DNA from: Heterodontus francisci
Lineage: Eukaryota
DNA length: 64,000 nt
Reading direction: 5' to 3'
Assembly (NCBI RefSeq): GCF_036365525.1
Contig: NC_090399.1
Span: 32,210,430-32,274,429 of the forward strand
In this document: positions 57,750 to 64,000 of the stretch, piece by piece
Position numbering within the stretch: the stretch's first letter is position 1
Layout of the letters: each line of letters begins with the position of its first letter
Translations under genes and position numbers: made by a program
Notes under the pieces: generated by a model
The model's input: the letters and a program-made list of their open reading frames with translations, nothing else
Database searches by the model: none
Told to the model about the DNA's origin: nothing

Positions 57750-58579
57750 TGGGCTGAATTTTAGTAGCTCACCGCCATTCTCGACGGTGAGCTTGGAAAA
57801 GTGTGTTGCACGTGCCTGAGACGTACACCGCAGGGCAGCCACGATATTACACATGGTGGCCCATTAGCATGGCGGGGATGGAGCGCCCTACCCCAGTGAG
57901 ATAAAGGGGGTGGGCACTCCATCCCCAGCAATGGTGTCCGTGCCACCGCATCGGCGTTGGCACCGTTTTTAAAGGGCTTCAAGCCCTCACAGCTAATTTA
58001 ATTTTTTAAAGAATAGTGCATTTTCAATTTAAATGTAAACAGTCAATTAAACATCGAAGCCCCTCTTCCACCCCTCAATGACCAAACAGAATATTTATTT
58101 CCTTCTCTCCCCCCCCCACCACTGACCTTTCACCCCCAAACTTTACTATTATTGCCCTTCAACCCCTTACCACCATCCCCTCAGCCAATAGAAACAGTTT
58201 CCCTCGCCATCCCCCTTCCCTCACCACCATGGAAATTTCACTCCTTCCCCCCTCCCCACCAGAGTCACGCCTCGGATCTCCAAATGGAGATCCAAAGGCA
58301 CGGGAGTTCTGGCCAGCGGCCGGAATATCGGCTTGGGGTGGCTGTCGCTGTCAGGTAAGTCTTTATTCATTAATTGTAATATAATTAGCATATTTAGATG
58401 AAGGCTCTGCTACTGAGTAGTGGGGGGGGGGGGGCTGCACCAAGGCCTCGCCACCGTCGGTAAAATGTGACGTGGCCTCCCCGGCGTTGGGGTCATGGCG
58501 GGCCTCTCCCGAAAGAATCTTCCCCCTCCTACTGTCACGCCACAAACTCGGATGTCGGAGGGCTGGTAAAATTCAGCCA
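57750..58579. mobile_element. MITE with TIR GGGCTGAATTTTA / TAAAATTCAGCC
   Basis: Terminal inverted repeats; GC-rich element inserted in the AT-rich satellite. Confidence 0.8.
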
Positions 58580-58685
58580 GGTATCAAGTTACAGTTAATT
58601 CTTAAATTGGACTTGATAATAAATACACAGTGGAATAATGCTGCAGTCAATTGTTTTATTGCAATTGATAATGAATACACACAGT

Positions 58686-59140
58686 GGGCTGAATGCGGGA
58701 CACTGGTGGGGAGAGGGGAATGGATAGGTGTTTCAGTGTGGGAGTGGGGAGCGGGCCAATCTGATATGATTGGTGTAGGGGATGGTTGGAAGATAAAAGT
58801 TTGCGAAATTTTGGTGAGGGAGGTCAGGTATAGAAGGTAAATATTTGGGGGAGGATTGAGGGCAAGTAATGAGCTGTCTGATCATTGGGGGTTGGTGGGA
58901 GAGGGGCTAGAAACATTTTTTATTTTTTTAATTAATTTAAAATGCAGAGAACTTTAACATTACAAATTAAATGCAAGGGCTTGAAGCCCTTTAAAAATGG
59001 CATTGGCACCCACGCAATGGCACCAGGCGCCATTGTCGGGGATGGACCACAGTCCCCCTCCATGTCATGGGGGAGGGGGCGCGGTCCACTCTGGCCATTT
59101 AAATGAGCCTATCTTGGTGGCAGATGTGTAAAATCGAGGC
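58686..59140. mobile_element. MITE of a related family; its mirror-image copy lies at 55866-56060
   Basis: The reverse complement of 58940-59140 matches 55866-56060, including the satellite flanks. Confidence 0.75.
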
Positions 59141-59467
59141 CAGTATAAATTTGCAATTAATTATTCATTGCTCTTGATACCAATATACAGGGATTAAAGT
59201 TACAAATAATTGCTGTTTCAGTTTTGATAACAAAACAAAGAGGAATTGGTTTACATTTCATTAAATTGAGCATGATGACTAATACACAAGGTCTAAAGTT
59301 ACAATCAGTTGTTCATTGTGCGTGATAAGGCAAGCACAAAGAATGTAGTTACAGTTAATTGTTATATTGGGCTTGATAACAATGCACAGGGGAATAAGGT
59401 TACAGTTAATTGTAAAATAGGGTTTGACAGCTCATGCAAGGGGTTATTAAGTTAGTTATTTTTTTAA

Positions 59468-59657
59468 TAAAAGCAAAATACTGTGGATGCTGGAAATCTG
59501 AAATAAAAACAAGAAATGCTGGAAATGCTCAGCAGGTCTGGCAGCATCTGTGGAGAGAGAAGCAGAATTAACATTTTCGGTCAGTGACCCTGAAACGTAA
59601 CTCTGCTTCTCTCTCCACAGATGCTGCCAGACCTGCTGATTATTTCAGTATTTCTTG
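59468..59657. mobile_element. Short palindromic element, probably Penelope-terminus-derived
   Basis: ~60-bp stem cagcaggtctggcagcatctgtggagagagaagcag / ctgcttctctctccacagatgctgccagacctgctg; flanking duplication tagttatttttt. Confidence 0.8.
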
Positions 59658-62074
59658 TAGTTATTTTTTAAATTTGCCATGGACAACATGCCATGGAATA
59701 AATTTACAGTTTGTTGTTCACTTGCATAGAATAGGAGCGCTGGTTAAAAAAATTAGTTGTTGTTTAATTCATCATGATAACGCGTACATGCATGCATAAC
59801 TGCAGTTAACTAATTGGACACTAGAATGTGTGCACAGGTAAGGACATTGAGTAAATGATAAAAATGGACTTATGAAGCAACACAGAGGAGAAAAATAACT
59901 GATAGTTAAATTTGGTACAGTAAATTGTACGGTAGTGCATAAAGTTGCAATTAATTGTTATATTGGGCTTAATAAAAATTTACACGGAATAAGGTTATAA
60001 TTAATTGTTTAATTGGATATGATAGTCAAAACATAAGGGAATAAATATACAGTCAGTAGTCATATTGGACATGATAGCTGGTACACAGGATATAACGATA
60101 CTGCTAATTGTTATCTTGAGCTTGTTACAATTCATTTGGGAATAAGGATACAGTTAATTGTTAATTGTGGCTTGATAAATCATGTAAATGAGAAAGGAAT
60201 TGCAGTTAATTGTTTCATTGGACATGCTATAAACACAACTGAGTAAGGGTACAGTTAACTGTTCAATTAGACCTGAAAATGAATGCAGTATATCAAGTTA
60301 TCGTTAACTGTTTATTGCATTTCATAATTGTTATATCAGTCTTGATAACTGTGCACAGAGGAAAAAAGTTACAGTTATTTAAATTTGATATGATGAATTA
60401 TACACAGGTGCATAAAAATAACAGTTTATTGTTATATTGGATTGCAATAAAGAATACTTAGGGAAATAAAATTACAGTTAATTGTTTAATGGTATGTACA
60501 TCAACTAATAAAATGAATTATTTGTTAAATTGCTTATGATACTGAGTGCACATGGGTACAAAACTGCCGTTAATTGTTAAACTGGGCTTGATATGGAATA
60601 TATTGGGGAATAAAGTTACAGCTGTTGCTAAATTACATGTGGCAACTTGTACACAGTGCATAAAGTTAGAGTGAATTGTTAAATTGGGCTTGATAACAGA
60701 TCCACTGTGGAATAAATTTCCAGTTTTGTTCAAATTGAACATGATAACCAATACACAGAGTAATAATGTACTACTAATTGTTAAATTTGACCAGATAAGC
60801 AGTATGCTGGGGAATAATGCGACAGATAATTGTTCAATTGAATATACCAAATAACTGGCTAATAAATTTGTTCTTTGTTAAATTGGTCACAATGACCAAT
60901 ACATGGGTTATGAGTGTTTCAATTAATTATAAAATGAACAGGAGGAAAATTACAGTATTTACATTTGTTATGATAAACTCTATGCTGGTGCAGAAAATTG
61001 CAGCTAATTGTATTGGATTGTGATAAACATTGTGCTGGGCTACAAGGTGACAGTTAATTCATCACTTGTATACATATTGTCTTACAGAATGAGTTAATTG
61101 GTAAACTGGTTGTGATAATGAGTGAACATGGGTACAATGCTACAGTTAATCCTTAAATTGAGCTTGATAACCAATACATGGAGTAATAAAGTTACAGTTA
61201 TCCTTATATTTGGCTTCATAATAAATACACAAGGAATATAGTTATAGTTAATTGTTATATTTAGTTTTCTGACAATATGTAGTGGAATAAGGTTACAGTT
61301 AATTGTTAAATTGAGTTTGCTATCAATACACTGGTGCATTAAGTTACAATTAATTGTTATACTGGGCGTGGTAGCAATATACAAGGGAATACGTTTTTAA
61401 TTAATTGTTTAGTTGAATATGATAACCATTGCACAAGGGAATAAAGATGCAGTCAGTCGGAAAATTGGGCATGTGGCTAGCACACAGGATAGAAAGTTGC
61501 ATCTAATTGTTATATTGAACTTGTTACAATAAATGTGGAGAAAAAGATACAGTTAATTATTAATTGTATCTTGATTAACAATACAAAAAAATCCGGTTAA
61601 AGATAATTATTTAATTGGCCATGATAGCCAATGTGCAATTGATTAAAGTTGCAGGTAATTGTTAAATTGGAACTGATAACTAATACGCAAAATATCAAGT
61701 TGCTATGAATTGTTTATTGTGCTTGATAACTAATGCACAGATATATAGTAACAATTAATTCTTACAGTGTGCTTAAAAACAGTACACAGACAGAATGATT
61801 ACAGTTAACTGATACATTGGGCTTGGTAACATTGGGGAGAAAGATTAGTTAATGTTTAAATTGGGCTTGAAAACCAGCATAATTTGCAATAAAATTACAG
61901 GGAGGGTTTAATTATATGCAATACAAAGCATAATAATGTTACTGTTAATTGTTAATTTTGACCAGACAAGCAGTAGGCTGGGGAATAAAGTTACAGTTCA
62001 TTGTTATTTGAATAATACAAATACACTCCCTAATTGAACTAGTTAATTGGCATTGATAGCTGATAGTCAGTGGA

Positions 62075-62830
62075 ACTCAATCCAGAGAAATGTTAGGTAA
62101 TGCACTTGGGGAGGGCAAATAAAGAGAGGGAATACACAATAAACAGAAGGCTACTGAGAGGGGTAGAAGAAGTGAGGGACCTTGGAGTGCATGTCCACAT
62201 CTCCGTCAAGGTGACAGGATAGATAGATAGATTGGTGAAGAAGGCATATGAAATGTTTTTCTTTTTTGGCTGAGGTATAGGATACAAAAGCTGGGATGTA
62301 CTGCTGTAACTGTATAAAATGCTGGTTAGGCCACAGCTGGAGTGTTCCATACAGTTCTGGTCACCACATTACAGGAAGGACATAATAACTCTGGAGTGAG
62401 GAGAGAGGAGATTGACAAGAATGTTGCCATAGCTTGAAAGTTGCAGCTATGAAGAAAAATTGGATAGGCTAGGGTTGTTTTCCTTGGAACAGAGGAGGGT
62501 GAGGGGTGAGTTAATTGAGGTGTACAAAATTATGAGGGGCCTAGACAGTGTAGACAGGAAGGACCTGTTTCCCCCTAGCATACTGGTCAATTACCAGGGG
62601 CACAGATTTAAGGCAATTGCTGAAAGGATTAGAGGAGACCAGAGGAAAACCTTTTTCACCAGAGGGTGGTGGGTGTCTGGAATTCACTGCCAGGAATGGT
62701 GGTGGAGGCAGAAACCCTCAATTCATTTCAAAGGTATCTGGACATGCACCTGAAGTGCTGTAACCTGCAAGGCTAAGGACCAGATGTTGGATGGTGGAAT
62801 TCGATTGGGCAGCTCATTTTTTCTACTGTA
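62075..62830 (+). mobile_element. CR1 3' fragment
   Basis: DLGVHVH, LVRPQLE, DRLGLFSLEQRRVRGELIEVYKIMRG. Confidence 0.88.
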
Positions 62831-64000
62831 AAAAAATAAAGCTAATCATTCAAATCTCATATGACAAACAATATGTAAGGAATAAATTTACAATTAATTA
62901 ATTGTTCATTTGTTGATAACAAATACATTCATGAATAAAATAGTTTAATCATTAAATTAGTCCTGATAAATTCACAAGGGTACAGATATACAATTAATTG
63001 TTAAATTGGGCTTATAACCAATACAGAGGGTGATTATATGACAGTTAATTGTTTAATTGGACACGATGACCAATACACAGGGCAATAAATTTACAGTTAA
63101 TTGTTAAATTGGGCATGGTCACCAACGCAGGGTAATAAGAGAACAGTTAATTGTTCAATTGGACATGACAACCAATGTACAGGGGAAAAAAGTTAGTTAT
63201 TTTTTCAATTGGGTATATTAAGCAATGCACATAGGAATACAGTTACAGTTAATTGTTCAATTGCAATCAATAACTAATACACATTGCATAAGTTTATAAT
63301 AAATCATTAATTGCTCCTGATAACTAATACAAAGGAGCTAACTAATACGAAGGGATTAAAGTTATAGTTAATTGTTAGATTCGGTTCGATGACAATACAC
63401 AATAGAATAAAGTTGAATTTAGTTTATAAATTAAGCTTGATAACTGATGCACTAGGGATGAATTTACAATTAGTTGTTCATTGTGTTTCATAATCAATGC
63501 ACAAGGAATATGGTTGCAGTTAATTTTTGTATTGGACTTTGATAACAATACATAGGGGAATAAGGCTACAGTTTCTTGTTAAACTGGCCTTGATAACTCA
63601 AACACAGGAATATAAAGTTACAGATATTATTAAAATTTGACCTGATAAGCTATATGCTGCAGAATAAATTTACAGTAAAGTTTTTGATTGCATATAGCAA
63701 GAAGACTAGATCATAAAAGTTAGTTCATTTTTTAAAATTGGTCATAACAAGTGCATGTGATATCAGACGGTTAAATTGAATACTCTAATTAGTATCCAGG
63801 TTAAAACATTACCATCAATTATAAAAATGGACATGTGAAGCAATAAAAGGGGAAAGCATTTACTGTTAGTTAAATTTGATGATAAACAATACACTGGTGG
63901 ATAAAGTTACAATTAATTGTAATATTGGGCATGATAACAGTTTACAGGGCAATAAGGTTAGAATTATTTGTTTAATTGGATAAATGGAATAAAGATAAAG

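Larger units (their letters stand above)
57346..64000 (-). repeat. Same 51-bp satellite in reverse orientation (second arm), continuing past the window end
   Basis: Monomers read gttacagttaattgttaaattgggcttgataac..., the reverse complement of the forward arm. Confidence 0.93.

Noticed and set aside
46310-64000. CRISPR-like repeat-spacer appearance of the 51-bp array
   Set aside because: The variable parts are homologous to each other rather than unique spacers, the context is eukaryotic, and there are no cas genes.

Overview
Eukaryotic, repeat-dense DNA. The repeat families and gene sequences point to a cartilaginous fish (shark); this is an inference. Two spliced host genes can be read. (1) A + strand MHC class I heavy-chain gene has six canonical GT-AG phase-1 exons from 2721 to 10911 (alpha1, alpha2, alpha3, TM, two cytoplasmic) with an intact frame. 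It has lost 4 of the 8 peptide-terminus anchoring residues, so it looks nonclassical. Its leader exon and 3'-UTR exon were not found. (2) A convergent - strand two-exon, 321-aa class A GPCR (36094-29864) of the GPR139/GPR142-like type is not a GPR139 orthologue. The remainder is nested CR1, L2, RTE, Tx1 and Penelope retroelements, a LINE family with a tRNA-like head, V-SINE/HE1-type SINEs, solo LTRs, a Gypsy gag-pro fragment, a decayed integrase+env remnant, hAT-like and other MITEs, and intronic minisatellites. From about 46.3 kb to the end lies a 51-bp AT-rich satellite arranged as a large old inverted duplication. Repeat boundaries were judged by eye and are approximate unless a TSD or splice site is quoted.
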